DNA of 64,000 bases from Candidatus Magasanikiibacteriota bacterium (GCA_002716765.1 PBBY01000016.1:47322-111321), one strand, 5' to 3'. Counted from the stretch's first letter, positions 10,783-22,668 are shown. A program made the numbers and translations. Notes: generated from the sequence alone by a model not told the origin.

Positions 10783-10849
10783 AATATCTTGCTAAATTCA
10801 CCTAAATACGTTACTATTGTACATGAAAAGAGTCTATTTTGCAACAATT

Positions 10850-12190
10850 ATGAAATACCCACCATATCCAATATCACACACCGCCAGACGAATAATTATG
10901 GCACTTCTTATAGTCTCTTTTTGTGTTTTATCCCCCATTATTGTATTATATACCGCTGGATATAGGTATGATTTTTCTACAAACCGCATACTCTCCAGAG
11001 GTTCAATAAGTGTTGATATAGACACAAAAGATATTACTGTTTTTATAAACAATAAACAAATTACCCAAAAACCACCAATCCGACTTTCTAATCTTGCACC
11101 AAATAGTACATATACTATCTCTATCCAAAAAGACGGGTATCATACATGGCAACACGATGTATTGGTCAAAAGTAATCAAACCACATATATTAAGGATATT
11201 TTTTTGATTAAAAAATCTACACCAACTAATATTACAAAAAATACTCGCCATATTTCGACGCTCTCTTTTTCTCCGTCCGGTGAGTATGTACTAAAAAAGA
11301 TTAAAAGAAAAAAAGATAATACCATCATATTCCTCCTTTACTCAATAACAAAAAAAGAAGATGTTCGCCTCTTGATACCAACAACACCTCAAACAATTGT
11401 TAGCTGGTCCCCGGATAATGACCATCTGCTTATTTATGAAAAAAATAAAGCATCACACATAACAATGATAGCGGCTCATGACCCACATACTCGCCATCTT
11501 TCTCCAACACCACTAAATCTACAAGAATTTCAATGGGGAGGGGTACAAAAAAACCCTACACTATTTATGCGAAGTGAAAACGATCTCTACTATTTTTCTG
11601 AGAATATTTTTACTCGCATTGCACTACAAGTTGAGCCTGTCTGGCATGTAGACAAAAACCAAGTAATTTGGGAGTATAACAAAGAAAATAGCTATATCAC
11701 CAAAAGGAAAAACACCACCAAAGAAAATGTCTTCTACTCACAAGACCCTATTACCACCATTGTTTCAATCAACAAAGACAGGATTATTGCCAAAAAACGC
11801 CAATCAATTTCTATTATAACCAGACCAAAGCAAAATCAAGCGGCTCAAGAAAATACAATAGCAGCACATCACACTTACTATAACAACAAGAAGAAGGAAT
11901 GGATTCTGTGGTCACCTTGGGAGCTATGGTCAGTATATCCGAACGGTAACACATCCCTTCTTAACAGAACAAGTGAACCAATCTCACTTGTTCGTGAGTT
12001 TGATTCTTATGGGGTTTTACTTCTTGGTTCAAAAAACACAGTATCGGTATTTAATCCGGGGTATTATATTACCAACAATATTATTAACATCGACACAATC
12101 GAAGATATGCGGATTAACAGGACAATGGAAAAAATATATATAATCGGCACACATAATAACACATATGGTGTTTTTGAATTCTCTTATTAA
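10850..12190 (+). CDS. membrane-anchored PEGA-domain protein
   Basis: N-terminal TM then YTAGYRYD, LAPNSTYTISIQKDGYHTW. Confidence 0.75.
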   Translation: MKYPPYPISHTARRIIMALLIVSFCVLSPIIVLYTAGYRYDFSTNRILSRGSISVDIDTKDITVFINNKQITQKPPIRLSNLAPNSTYTISIQKDGYHTWQHDVLVKSNQTTYIKDIFLIKKSTPTNITKNTRHISTLSFSPSGEYVLKKIKRKKDNTIIFLLYSITKKEDVRLLIPTTPQTIVSWSPDNDHLLIYEKNKASHITMIAAHDPHTRHLSPTPLNLQEFQWGGVQKNPTLFMRSENDLYYFSENIFTRIALQVEPVWHVDKNQVIWEYNKENSYITKRKNTTKENVFYSQDPITTIVSINKDRIIAKKRQSISIITRPKQNQAAQENTIAAHHTYYNNKKKEWILWSPWELWSVYPNGNTSLLNRTSEPISLVREFDSYGVLLLGSKNTVSVFNPGYYITNNIINIDTIEDMRINRTMEKIYIIGTHNNTYGVFEFSY

Positions 12191-12195
12191 TAGCC

Positions 12196-12229
12196 AAAAA
12201 AAATACCGATAAGATGTCGGTATTTTTTT
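12196..12229. terminator. bidirectional intrinsic terminator
   Basis: AAAAAAATACCGAT-aagat-GTCGGTATTTTTTT between convergent genes. Confidence 0.8.
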
Positions 12230-12230
12230 A

Positions 12231-14651
12231 TTATGCAACTATATTTACTAATTTTCCTGGAACATATATTACTTTTTTAATCACTTTTTCTGCTAGCCAT
12301 GGTACAATATGCGCATCTGTTTTGGCTGCCGCCGTAATATCCTCTTCCGATGAATCAGCATTAACAGTAATCGTTGCTCGCAACTTTCCATTAACTTGAA
12401 TAGCGATTGTCACCTCTTCTTCTTGCAAATATTCCTCTTTATAGGCAGGCCAAGATTCGTATACAATAGTGTTGATATTACCTAGATTTTGCCACATCTG
12501 TTCTGAAATATGTGGAGCAAAAGGAGAAAGAAGTAGTATAAATTTTTCAAAATATCTTTTTGGTATTGTGTCGAGTTTCTGAAACGTATGGGATAATTCC
12601 ATCATTTTTGCCACCGCCGTATTAAAACTCATTGATTCTATATCTTCACTTACTTTTTTAATCGTTTTATGTAACGCACTCTGTGCTTCAGGATTTTCTG
12701 GGGTAGAGTCAGAAACTTTAGTTTGTAATAACCAAATCCTATCTAAAAACCGCTTCACACCAACAAGCCCATTAGTGTCCCATTCGGCAACCTGATCAAA
12801 CGGTCCCATAAACATAATATAGGTACGCAATGTGTCTGCGCCAAACTCATGTATTATGTCATCTGGATTTACCACATTTCCTTTGCTTTTACTCATTTTT
12901 TCTCCTCCTTTTGCTAAAATCATTCCATGACTTGTGCGCTTTTTATACGGTTCTTTTGTGGGAACTAAATCAATGTCAAATAAAAATTGATGCCAAAAAC
13001 GAGAATACAGTAAATGTAATACCGTGTGCTCCATACCACCATTATACCAATCAACTGGTGACCAATATGTAAGTGATTCTCTTGAGGCAAGTTCGTTGTT
13101 ATTATTTGGATCACAATAGCGCAAAAAATACCAACTTGAACCTGCCCAGTTTGGCATGGTATCTGTTTCTCTTTTTGCCGGACCAGCACATGTTGGACAA
13201 GTGGTGTTTACCCAATCAGACATAGCAGCAAGTGGAGATTCGCCAGTATCGGTTGGTTCATATTTTTCTACATGCGGAAGCTTGACTGGCAACTGATCTT
13301 CTGGCACAGGAACCCAACCGCAATCTACGCAATGAATAAGTGGAATTGGCTCTCCCCAATAGCGCTGGCGAGAGAAAACCCAATCACGGAGCTTATAATT
13401 AATAACCTTTTTTCCCCAACCTTTTTCCTCTATGTAATCCATTATTTTTTGCGTAGCCTCATGAATGTCCAAACCATTAAGAAAGCCACTATTAATCATA
13501 GTGCCAGATTCTTCTTGAACTTGTTCTATTTTAGTAATAGGTGTTGTATCACCATTTTTATCGACAACAACTCGAATAATGTCAATGTCTTTTGCTTTGG
13601 CAAATGCGAAGTCTCTTTTGTCGTGACCCGGAACACCGACGACCGCACCAGTTCCAACATTTCCAAGAACATAGTCTGCTACCCAAATTGGTATTTTTTT
13701 ATTATTTAGACTATTTATACAATAGGATCCCGTAAATACTCCTGTCTTTTCTTTATCTTCTGCGGTACGCTCTATCTCCTTTGTTAGTTTTGCTTTTTTT
13801 ACATATTCATCAACTTCTTTTTTCTTATCACTTTTAGTAATTGTGGAAACCAATGGATGTTCTGGCCCAACAACAACAAAGGTGGCTCCAAAGTTTGTGT
13901 CAGGGCGTGTTGTAAAACATACCACATTCTCCTCACTTCCTTCGACTTTATATGTAATATTTACCCCCTCCTTTCTTCCAATCCAATGCTCCTGTTGCAC
14001 TTTTGCCCGTTTTATATAATCCACCTCTTTCAATCCTTCAAGTAAACTATCTGCATATTTTGTTATAGCAAGCATCCATTGCTCTTTATCTCGTTTTTCT
14101 ACTTCTCCACCACATCTTTCACAGTTTCCACCTACTATTTCTTCATTTGCTAAACCAATTTTACAACGTATACACCAATTAATCGGCTTATTTTTTTTAT
14201 AAGCCAAACCCCGCTCAAACAATTGTAAAAAAATCCATTGTGTCCACTTATAATACTGAGGATCAGTGGTGTCTACCGTACGAGACCAATCAAAACTATA
14301 CCCAAGCAATTGGAGCTGTCGTGTAAAATTCTCTATATTTTCTTTTGTTACCTCTGCTGGCGGTCTTCCTGTTTTAATCGCATAATTTTCTGTTGGTAAA
14401 CCAAATGCATCAAATCCCATTGGAAATAAGACATTATACCCCTGCATTCTTCGTTTTCGACAAATAATATCCATTGCTGTATAGGACCGAGGATGACCAA
14501 CATGGAGCCCAGATCCCGAGGGGTATGGAAATTCTACCAAACCATAAAATTTCTTTTTTTGTGCATCTTCTTTTACTACAAAAGTCTCCTGCTCTTTCCA
14601 GTAGTCTTGCCACTTTTTTTCTATATCTTTTGGATTATACGGCGTTTGCAT
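12231..14651 (-). CDS. leuS: leucine--tRNA ligase
   Basis: FPYPSGSGLHVGH, RQRYWGEPIP, KMSKSKGN. Confidence 0.98.
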   Translation of the reverse strand: MQTPYNPKDIEKKWQDYWKEQETFVVKEDAQKKKFYGLVEFPYPSGSGLHVGHPRSYTAMDIICRKRRMQGYNVLFPMGFDAFGLPTENYAIKTGRPPAEVTKENIENFTRQLQLLGYSFDWSRTVDTTDPQYYKWTQWIFLQLFERGLAYKKNKPINWCIRCKIGLANEEIVGGNCERCGGEVEKRDKEQWMLAITKYADSLLEGLKEVDYIKRAKVQQEHWIGRKEGVNITYKVEGSEENVVCFTTRPDTNFGATFVVVGPEHPLVSTITKSDKKKEVDEYVKKAKLTKEIERTAEDKEKTGVFTGSYCINSLNNKKIPIWVADYVLGNVGTGAVVGVPGHDKRDFAFAKAKDIDIIRVVVDKNGDTTPITKIEQVQEESGTMINSGFLNGLDIHEATQKIMDYIEEKGWGKKVINYKLRDWVFSRQRYWGEPIPLIHCVDCGWVPVPEDQLPVKLPHVEKYEPTDTGESPLAAMSDWVNTTCPTCAGPAKRETDTMPNWAGSSWYFLRYCDPNNNNELASRESLTYWSPVDWYNGGMEHTVLHLLYSRFWHQFLFDIDLVPTKEPYKKRTSHGMILAKGGEKMSKSKGNVVNPDDIIHEFGADTLRTYIMFMGPFDQVAEWDTNGLVGVKRFLDRIWLLQTKVSDSTPENPEAQSALHKTIKKVSEDIESMSFNTAVAKMMELSHTFQKLDTIPKRYFEKFILLLSPFAPHISEQMWQNLGNINTIVYESWPAYKEEYLQEEEVTIAIQVNGKLRATITVNADSSEEDITAAAKTDAHIVPWLAEKVIKKVIYVPGKLVNIVA

Positions 14652-14751
14652 AGGTGATACATGTTTAAATCTATGTATATATACTACAAAGAAATAGGTA
14701 AAAAATCAAGCAAAATAAAAAATCACCATATTGGGTGACTTTCTACACTCC

Positions 14752-16023
14752 TTATGCTTTCATTTTTTCTGCAATCCTTTCTAAAGCCTCAATAAATGCA
14801 GCGGTTCTCATGGAAACACCATGATATTCTTTTTTATCCCACACAGCTTCAAACGCATCTATCATAATTTTTTCGAGTTTTTGCAACACCTCTCCTTCTG
14901 TCCAATGTTCATCTTTTACGTTTTGATCCCATTCAAAATAACTCACAGTTACTCCTCCGGCATTTGCCAATACATCTGGAACAATAGTTACCCCTTTTTC
15001 AAAAAGTATTTCGTCTGCTTCTGGTGTTGTTGGTCCATTAGCAAGTTCTACAATAGCTTTTGCCTTAATATTTACTGCATTTTCTTTTGTAATAACATTT
15101 TCAAGTGCGGCAGGAACCAAAATATCCACATCAAGTTCAAGTAATTCTTCATTTGTTATAACCTGACAATTTCCTTCTGTAAGAAGTTCTGATGGTGTAC
15201 AAACGCTCCCGACACAATATACACCAAGAACACCACCCTCTTTTTTAATCTTTTCTGCTACATTTGGATCCATACCATCTTTATTATAAACCCCACCCTT
15301 TGAATCACTAATAGCGACAATCTTATACCCTAAACCATATAGAATTTTTGCCATATGTGATCCAGCATTCCCAAATCCCTGAATAGCGACAGTAGTATTT
15401 TCTGGCGCTAGGTTTTGTTTTTTTGCCAAAGCAATAACACAATACACTCCACCTTGTGCAGTAGAAAAAGAACGCCCTTCCGAACCACCATCTTCTACTG
15501 GTTTTCCAGTAATAACTCCTGGATCACTGTGACCAACTAGTGATTCATATTCATTACGCATCCATCCCATAATTTGTGGTGTAGTGTATACATCTGGTGC
15601 AGGTATATCTTTATCCGAACCAATATTACGCCAAATTTTTTGCACGAACCCACGAGAAAGTCGTTCCAACTCACCTTCTGACAATTCCTTTGGATTAACG
15701 ATAACCCCCCCTTTTCCTCCTCCCATTGGAATATTAACCGTTGCACACTTTATTGTCATCCAAAAAGATAACGCCTTTACCTCATCAAGTGAAACGTTCC
15801 AATGATATCGAATTCCTCCTTTATACGGACCAAGCGCGTTATTGTATTGCGATCTAAAACCAATAAACACCCGGGTTTCACCACTATCCATAACAATAGG
15901 AATTGCCACCGTCAAAACCCGTTCTGGTTGTTTTAGTGTAGCATAAATACTCGTACTTAAATCCATAATTTTTGCCGCTTTTTCAAGCTGTGCCATTGCA
16001 TTATCAAAAGCATTTTGAGCCAT
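14752..16023 (-). CDS. gdhA: Glu/Leu/Phe/Val (glutamate) dehydrogenase
   Basis: GPYKGGIRYH, GGGKGG, QGFGNAG, ELANGP, NAGGVTVSYFEW. Confidence 0.93.
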   Translation of the reverse strand: MAQNAFDNAMAQLEKAAKIMDLSTSIYATLKQPERVLTVAIPIVMDSGETRVFIGFRSQYNNALGPYKGGIRYHWNVSLDEVKALSFWMTIKCATVNIPMGGGKGGVIVNPKELSEGELERLSRGFVQKIWRNIGSDKDIPAPDVYTTPQIMGWMRNEYESLVGHSDPGVITGKPVEDGGSEGRSFSTAQGGVYCVIALAKKQNLAPENTTVAIQGFGNAGSHMAKILYGLGYKIVAISDSKGGVYNKDGMDPNVAEKIKKEGGVLGVYCVGSVCTPSELLTEGNCQVITNEELLELDVDILVPAALENVITKENAVNIKAKAIVELANGPTTPEADEILFEKGVTIVPDVLANAGGVTVSYFEWDQNVKDEHWTEGEVLQKLEKIMIDAFEAVWDKKEYHGVSMRTAAFIEALERIAEKMKA

Positions 16024-16118
16024 ATATATACGTTAAAAATAGTATTAAAAGTATACCAATTTGCTGTCATGGTTACAAATAAAAAATACCGATTATTATC
16101 GATATTTTTTATAGCGTA

Positions 16119-16442
16119 TTAGCTGTGTTTTTGAATAAATTCTTGTAATTGTTCTTTTTGCAAACTACCTGTAAGCCTTTCGACTTCTTTTCCTTCCTTA
16201 AATATAATAAATGTTGGAATACTTAGCACTTCACATTTTCCAGCAATAGCCTGACCTTCATCAACATTTATTTTAGCAATTTTTATTTTTGCTGAATCCA
16301 TTTCTTCTGCTAATTGTTGTATAATTGGCCCAACCATTTGACATGGTCCACACCACGGAGCCCAAAAATCTACCAAAACAGGAATGGGTGATTTTAAGAC
16401 TTCTGCATCAAAATTTTCTTCGCTTAATATGATTTCTGCCAT
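16119..16442 (-). CDS. trxA: thioredoxin
   Basis: DFWAPWCGPC. Confidence 0.97.
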   Translation of the reverse strand: MAEIILSEENFDAEVLKSPIPVLVDFWAPWCGPCQMVGPIIQQLAEEMDSAKIKIAKINVDEGQAIAGKCEVLSIPTFIIFKEGKEVERLTGSLQKEQLQEFIQKHS

Positions 16443-16482
16443 ACAAATAATATATAAAATTAATTATTAATCTACTATTTTC

Positions 16483-17247
16483 TTATGCCGCCATCGTGTG
16501 CTCTTGATCACTAGAATCATCAGCCTCTTCCGAACCCTTACCATCCTCTTCTAAAGCATTTTTTTCTTTTCCGTATAAAAAGTTTATCTCAAAAGGATGC
16601 GAACGTGCCGTTGCTGTGCTTGCGCTGAGTGAAACCGTAAACCCTTTTTCTCCTAAACTTGACCCCGGATTATATGGTCGTGTATTAAACTGTATGTGCG
16701 GACCTCCTGAAACTTTTATCGTTTTTTGCAATAACGCCTTCATTGCTTCTGCGGAAGAAGTTGGAATAATATAATTACGCTCACCTTCCACCTTCTGTTC
16801 CTCGCTATGCACATTACCAAAATTTACATTTTTTGCCTCAAAAACATTACCATAGCCCGCACTATGAAATCTATAGAACACTACATGAAGTGCAGCGTTT
16901 ATGTGGTCATCTAATATATGCTCTTCTAAATCAGTTGCACTAGCACTTTCCATGTCTCTTACAGTTTCAGCTGCAAGGACTTCATCATCTTCATGTATTT
17001 TTACTTCTGTTGCCGATAAAAAACCAGGTTCTGTTATAAGACGAGCTTCTGCTTGTCCAACCTTAGCCCCTTGTGAATCTACCAATTCCACAAGATCAGC
17101 GCCAATTAGGTTTCGAGAAAGTTCAACTTGTGGCGATGGTTGTTTTTTACCCTGTTCATTTGAAACTATTTCTTTTTCTGAATCTGCTTCTTGGCCAGTT
17201 TCTGGTATTCTCGTATTTTCTGGCAGCTTCTCTGATGTGTTTGCCAT
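16483..17247 (-). CDS. hypothetical protein with acidic termini
   Basis: 254 aa ORF filling the infB-trxA gap; no recognised motif. Confidence 0.65.
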   Translation of the reverse strand: MANTSEKLPENTRIPETGQEADSEKEIVSNEQGKKQPSPQVELSRNLIGADLVELVDSQGAKVGQAEARLITEPGFLSATEVKIHEDDEVLAAETVRDMESASATDLEEHILDDHINAALHVVFYRFHSAGYGNVFEAKNVNFGNVHSEEQKVEGERNYIIPTSSAEAMKALLQKTIKVSGGPHIQFNTRPYNPGSSLGEKGFTVSLSASTATARSHPFEINFLYGKEKNALEEDGKGSEEADDSSDQEHTMAA

Positions 17248-17268
17248 AAAATTAGGATTTAATAATGC

Positions 17269-19296
17269 TTAGTCAGAAAGTGTGCGAACTTTCTTTTCTT
17301 CTGTATATACTTCTAGTATATCACCAACCTCAATTTTTGTCTTTCCTTCAAATGTAATACCACATTCTGTACCACTTGGCACCTCTTTTCTTTTTTCTTG
17401 CCCCACTTGGCAGTGTGTAATTTTTCCAAGCCCAACTTCTTCTCCATCTCGCATAATGCGTGCTATACCATCTTTTACAATTTTTCCATCTTTTACCAAA
17501 CCACCAACAATCATTGATTTTTTTTCTGTTCTAAAAATAGCTTTTATTGTTAGTTTTCCATGATCCGTTCGTATAATTTCGTATTCCAAAAGTTTTTCTA
17601 ATTCTTGATTTATCCAATCAATTAAATCGTAGATAATGCTAAATTTATGAAATTGAATATTCTTTTCTCGTAATATTTCTTCGGCACTAATACTTGGTTT
17701 TACATTAAACCCTATTAATACACCATTTCCTGCATCTGCTTTTTGCACATCTTCTTCTGTTAAGTTTCCTAACCCTTTTCCAATAATTTTTACACCAACA
17801 GAAGCGTGCTGTATTTTGTCTAGCGACCCAATAATAGCCTCTAATGAACCTAACACATCTGCACGAAGAACAATGTTTAGTGTTTTCTTTTTTGCATCAT
17901 CTTCTGTTTCGTGTTGTGCTGTCTGAACCACGTATTGACGTTGCGCACCAGTTTGCTCTGTCTTTTTTTGTTTTACATCAATCTTTTTTGCACTGTCTTG
18001 GGTACGCAAGTCTAACACATCTCCCACTTCTGGCACCACTTTAAACCCAATAATCTGAGCTGGCGTGGATGGGCCCGCTTCTTGTATTCCTTTTCCATTG
18101 TAATCTTTCATTGCCCGAACTTTACCATATACTTCATTATTTACTACCAATGCGTCGCCTTTTTTTAAGGTTCCTGCTTGAACTAAGATTGTAGACACTG
18201 GCCCAATGTTTTTGTCTACATGAGATTCAATAATGGTTCCAACAGCTGGTATAGTTGGGTCAGCTTGAATAGCATCTTCTTGCATGTCTGTGACCAAAAG
18301 TAATACATCAAGGAGTTTGTCTATATGAAGTTTCTGTTTTGCTGAAATTTGTACCGTTGGCACATCCCCACCCCATTCTTCTGCAACAATATCAAACTGA
18401 GAAAGCTCTGTCATAACCCTTTTTACGTCGGCGCTTGCTTTGTCTATTTTATTTATCGCAACAACATGTGGTATTTTTGCTGCTTTTACAATTTGAATTA
18501 CTTCTTTTGTTTGCGGCTTAACCCCATCGTCTGCCGCAACTACAATAATGGCAATATCTGCCACCTTTGCACCACGACTTCTCATAACGGTAAACGCTTC
18601 GTGTCCTGGTGTATCTATAAATGTTAATGCTCGTTCTTTTTTTGTTTTTGGGTCTTTCCAAATGGTTTGATAAGCACCAATATGCTGTGTAATACCACCA
18701 GATTCCGTTGAGGTAATATCTGTTTTACGAATAGTATCTAATAGTGATGTTTTTCCATGATCAACATGACCCATAACTACCACAACTGGTGGACGAGATA
18801 CTGTATCTCTACTCTGCTCAAGTGCCGTTTCTAATACTTCTGATTTTTTCATTTCTTCTTCTAGGTCAACAGCTTTTTCCTGTTCTTTTTCTACTGCAAA
18901 TCCAAGCTCTTCTGCCAAAACAGCAGCCGTATCAAAGTCAATATCTTGGTTTTGGTTGGCCAAAATACCATTTTTCATAAGCTCTGTAATGGCCTGACTT
19001 ACTGGAATTTCTAGTTTTTCTGCAAAATCCCTAACAGAGATAAATTCCGGAAATGAAACACCAGCACCACTTTCTTGTCGCATTGCGCGTTCTTTTAATT
19101 TTTTTTCTTCTGCTTCTTTTCGTCTTTTTCTTTCTATGTCTTTTTTTATTTTTGGCCACGCACGCATAATTTGCTGTGCTACTTTGTTGTCGATTTTTAC
19201 CGCTTTCATTCCCACGTCAAAACCATACTCCGGAAGAATTTGAAGGAGTTCTTTTGGGTGAATTCGAAGTCTTCTGGCAAGCTGTGTTACATTCAT
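17269..19296 (-). CDS. infB: translation initiation factor IF-2
   Basis: [34 protein letters not shown]. Confidence 0.98.
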   Translation of the reverse strand: MNVTQLARRLRIHPKELLQILPEYGFDVGMKAVKIDNKVAQQIMRAWPKIKKDIERKRRKEAEEKKLKERAMRQESGAGVSFPEFISVRDFAEKLEIPVSQAITELMKNGILANQNQDIDFDTAAVLAEELGFAVEKEQEKAVDLEEEMKKSEVLETALEQSRDTVSRPPVVVVMGHVDHGKTSLLDTIRKTDITSTESGGITQHIGAYQTIWKDPKTKKERALTFIDTPGHEAFTVMRSRGAKVADIAIIVVAADDGVKPQTKEVIQIVKAAKIPHVVAINKIDKASADVKRVMTELSQFDIVAEEWGGDVPTVQISAKQKLHIDKLLDVLLLVTDMQEDAIQADPTIPAVGTIIESHVDKNIGPVSTILVQAGTLKKGDALVVNNEVYGKVRAMKDYNGKGIQEAGPSTPAQIIGFKVVPEVGDVLDLRTQDSAKKIDVKQKKTEQTGAQRQYVVQTAQHETEDDAKKKTLNIVLRADVLGSLEAIIGSLDKIQHASVGVKIIGKGLGNLTEEDVQKADAGNGVLIGFNVKPSISAEEILREKNIQFHKFSIIYDLIDWINQELEKLLEYEIIRTDHGKLTIKAIFRTEKKSMIVGGLVKDGKIVKDGIARIMRDGEEVGLGKITHCQVGQEKRKEVPSGTECGITFEGKTKIEVGDILEVYTEEKKVRTLSD

Positions 19297-19433
19297 AGTA
19301 CGATCTTTAGGGATTGGGTAAATAAAGTGATTGCATTATACCATAAATAGTACCAAGAGTCAATTATAACCAAAACACAAAAGAGGTGCTAAGCTCTTTA
19401 TGTTATATGTATTATTTTCCAAACTTTTCCTGA

Positions 19434-20051
19434 TTAAGGTTGTGTAGAAATAAACTGTATTAACGCAGACACGGTTCTTCCTTCTGCTATTTCTCCACTT
19501 TTACAAAGTTCTAGCACTTTTTCAAAACTATGCCATGCCGTGTCTTGATTGTGGTGCCCATCCTCTTCAACATACTCAATCTCATAATCAGTAACATCTT
19601 TTGCCAAAATATAGTACAAATCCCATTCAACAGTCGTACCGCAGACCATCCTTTTAAACACAGTCATCTCTTTTGCATCTAGACCCGCTTCTTCTTGAAA
19701 CTCTTTTCTGGCAGCGTTAATAACAACTTCTTCTGATATTTCCTTTGCTATGTATTGTTTATAGTCTTCAAACTTATCCACCACCTTTCCTCCGGGAAGT
19801 CGCCAATCAAATCGATTTTGCTCAAAACGAAACTCATGCTGCATGTAAATACTCTTATCTCGAACAGCAATAACTCTACAACCTGGTGCACGAACATATT
19901 TCTCAAAAATACGTTCTATATATCCTTGTCCTTGATCTTCTAAAACCGGAAACTCCATTAACGCGCCAATTTTAGCCTGACATAAAACTTTTGGGTCTCC
20001 TGGAAGGTGTTTCGGCTCTTCAGGTTTACGTTCACGAACAATTCTATTCAT
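19434..20051 (-). CDS. NUDIX hydrolase
   Basis: LPGG...AARKEFQEEAG Nudix box. Confidence 0.85.
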   Translation of the reverse strand: MNRIVRERKPEEPKHLPGDPKVLCQAKIGALMEFPVLEDQGQGYIERIFEKYVRAPGCRVIAVRDKSIYMQHEFRFEQNRFDWRLPGGKVVDKFEDYKQYIAKEISEEVVINAARKEFQEEAGLDAKEMTVFKRMVCGTTVEWDLYYILAKDVTDYEIEYVEEDGHHNQDTAWHSFEKVLELCKSGEIAEGRTVSALIQFISTQP

Positions 20052-20064
20052 ATGTTAAATGATG

Positions 20065-20613
20065 TTATTTTTTTCCAAACTTTTCTGCGTACAATTTTAT
20101 TGATTTTTCAACAGCTTCTATTGCTTCTTTTTTTCCTTTAAATCCTTGAACAGTAACAGGATAATCATCCGGACTCTCTCCTTTTAAAGCTTTATACGTC
20201 TCGAAAAAGTGTGCGTATTCTCTCAATGAATGTGGGTTAACATCATCAAGGTCTTGAACATGCTCCCAACGACGGTCATCTACTGGTACTGCAATAATTT
20301 TAAAATCAGACTCACCAGTATCAATCATCTCCATTACCGCCACAGGCCGTACCGTTACTAACACACCTACTGCAAGAGGAAAACTAGAAAGTACAATAAC
20401 ATCAAGAGCATCATTATCATCCCAAAGTGTTTGGGGTGCAAAAGCATAGTCACAAGGATACGCTGCTGCGGTGTAGTTTGCACGATCAAGCGCAATTAAT
20501 CCTGTGTCTTTGTCGATTTCATATTTATTAGGAGATCCTTTTGGGATTTCAATAATACAATTAAATTCCTCTGGGGCCTTATTCCCGAGTGGAACATCAT
20601 GCCATAAATTCAT
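20065..20613 (-). CDS. ppa: inorganic pyrophosphatase (family I)
   Basis: IEIPKGSPNKYE, DDNDALDV, FFETYK. Confidence 0.96.
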   Translation of the reverse strand: MNLWHDVPLGNKAPEEFNCIIEIPKGSPNKYEIDKDTGLIALDRANYTAAAYPCDYAFAPQTLWDDNDALDVIVLSSFPLAVGVLVTVRPVAVMEMIDTGESDFKIIAVPVDDRRWEHVQDLDDVNPHSLREYAHFFETYKALKGESPDDYPVTVQGFKGKKEAIEAVEKSIKLYAEKFGKK

Positions 20614-20675
20614 AAGAATAGAATATTAAAATTTATATATTTATAGTACTGCAAAAAGACAATAAAGGCAAGGTG

Positions 20676-21584
20676 TTACCTGTTTTTCTTTTTTGGTTTT
20701 TGCGCCAACATAATGTACCCCTGACTTTCTACAAATCGACCAAGAGTCACCATTTCTATCAATGAATATAATTCTGCAAGTGCGGTAGAATACGGATGTA
20801 GTTTTTTCTTTAAATTATATAACCACTTATTACAATTTCGTAACACGAAGAACCGTTTTTGCTTGGATAGTGCAGGATACAATTCGTCTGGATGAACAAA
20901 AAACTTTGCCCAAACCGTTGTATACATTTTTTTAATACGAAAACCAGTTTTTTGAAATAATCGCACTAATTCTTTTTTGGAATATAATGAGATATGAAAC
21001 TCCGCATGCGGATCGGTGCTTACTCCTCTTTTAAACAAATAATTTCGTATATATGCATGTTTCCCTAAAGCTGACTCACTAAAAACAGTAAAAATGCCCC
21101 CAGGTTTTACAATACGATATACATCTTTAAGCCAGCGCGGCACATCTTCTACGTGACCTAACACATCCGAAGAATAAACAATATCAAACGTATTTGCTTT
21201 ATATGGAAAATATGTCCCATTATACCATTCAACCGGTATAGTCATACCATATTTACGCATATTTTCTCGTGCCATTTCTACCTGAATATGCACCACATCT
21301 ATACCATATATTTCTACTGCGTCGCCAAAAAAATAAGTCATATCTATTAAAGACGAACCAGTCGCACAACCAACATCCAGTATTTTAATGGGTTCTTTTT
21401 TATTATGTGATTGTATATATTTTTGTATATACCGAAATAATAAAAATCGTTTTGGATAAAATATAAGCAAAAAACGATCTTTGAGCGTGACCGGCTGACT
21501 AAAGACAGGACGCGAATCCCATATTTCGGACCCATGATCATCTTTTACTCCCCAACCGCGTGTATTGTTTTTCTTGGTTTTCAT
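20676..21584 (-). CDS. class I SAM-dependent methyltransferase
   Basis: ILDVGCATG, FDIVYS, IVKPGG. Confidence 0.88.
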   Translation of the reverse strand: MKTKKNNTRGWGVKDDHGSEIWDSRPVFSQPVTLKDRFLLIFYPKRFLLFRYIQKYIQSHNKKEPIKILDVGCATGSSLIDMTYFFGDAVEIYGIDVVHIQVEMARENMRKYGMTIPVEWYNGTYFPYKANTFDIVYSSDVLGHVEDVPRWLKDVYRIVKPGGIFTVFSESALGKHAYIRNYLFKRGVSTDPHAEFHISLYSKKELVRLFQKTGFRIKKMYTTVWAKFFVHPDELYPALSKQKRFFVLRNCNKWLYNLKKKLHPYSTALAELYSLIEMVTLGRFVESQGYIMLAQKPKKKNR

Positions 21585-21636
21585 ACGCAAGTATTGTATC
21601 ATATACCATATATCAATCAAATAGCGTATCTGTTTT

Positions 21637-22325
21637 ATGGAAGATTTACCACACAATTCTGGGTTTTTACTTATAGACAAACCAAAAGACTGGACGAGCC
21701 ACGATGTTGTGGGTTATTTACGAAAAATAACCGGGATAAAAAAAATAGGCCACGCTGGCACACTCGATCCATTTGCCACAGGCCTGCTTATTGTTGGTGT
21801 TGGAAGAAGTGCAACAAAGCAACTCGATGATTTTAAAGGGTTACCAAAAACATATAATGCAATAATTCATCTTGGTGCCACTTCGGACACACAAGATTCC
21901 ACCGGAATAATAACAGAACAATCTAAATACACAATTCCAACACTTTCTGACATACAAAAAACGCTTCCTTCTTTTATTGGTAAACAAACACAAATACCAC
22001 CAATGCATAGCGCAAAAAAGTTAATGGACAAAAACTATACACCTTAGCAAGAAAAGGAATAGAAATAGAAAGAACACCACACGAGATTACTATTTATAAC
22101 ATTACTCAAGAAGAATATACTTTTCCCACGCTTACCATTACCGTGCATTGCTCAACTGGTACATACATTAGAACACTTGCACATGATATTGGTCAAAAAT
22201 TAACAACCGGCGCGTATTGCAAAGAACTAAGAAGAGTAAATATTGGGAAACATGACGTAGAAAAAGCGCAAAAGCCAAAAGATATAACAAAGGAAAATTG
22301 GCAAAAGTATATATTTCATATATAA
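21637..22325 (+). pseudogene. truB: tRNA pseudouridine(55) synthase TruB, split by a -1 frameshift at 22014-22020
   Basis: DKPKDWTSHDVV, GHAGTLDPFATG, PPMHSAKK; the -1 frame continues VNGQKLYTLARKG...CSTGTYIRTLAHDIG. Confidence 0.9.
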
Positions 22326-22387
22326 AAAAATCCCCCGTATCGAGTACATCATAATAAATGACATAAACGACACGGGAGACGAAGTTA
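22326..22387 (-). terminator. long-stem terminator-like hairpin, copy 1
   Basis: minus strand CTCCCGTGTCG...CGATACGGGGGA + T7. Confidence 0.7.
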
Positions 22388-22397
22388 AAAGCGGTGT

Positions 22398-22634
22398 TTA
22401 TAGCCGGAAAAATTTCCAGACTACGATGCCTAGAACAACCCACCATCCTACAAATAGGTAAGTGGTGTAAATTACCACATACTTAAGGATGATTGGTTTA
22501 AAAGATCGCACCTCTTTTTTAACCATGCGCAGCCCTGCGTATGACGCATTTGTCACACGTGGGACCGTGGTTGAAATAGAGTGAAACCAAACACTCACCA
22601 CAAAACAAACGACAAATAAAACAGTGAAGACCAT
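22398..22634 (-). CDS. small two-TM membrane protein
   Basis: AAGGAG 9 nt before ATG, own promoter and terminator, two hydrophobic segments. Confidence 0.7.
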   Translation of the reverse strand: MVFTVLFVVCFVVSVWFHSISTTVPRVTNASYAGLRMVKKEVRSFKPIILKYVVIYTTYLFVGWWVVLGIVVWKFFRL

Positions 22635-22668
22635 TTCACTTTACTCCTTTTTTTAGATTTATGGCTAT

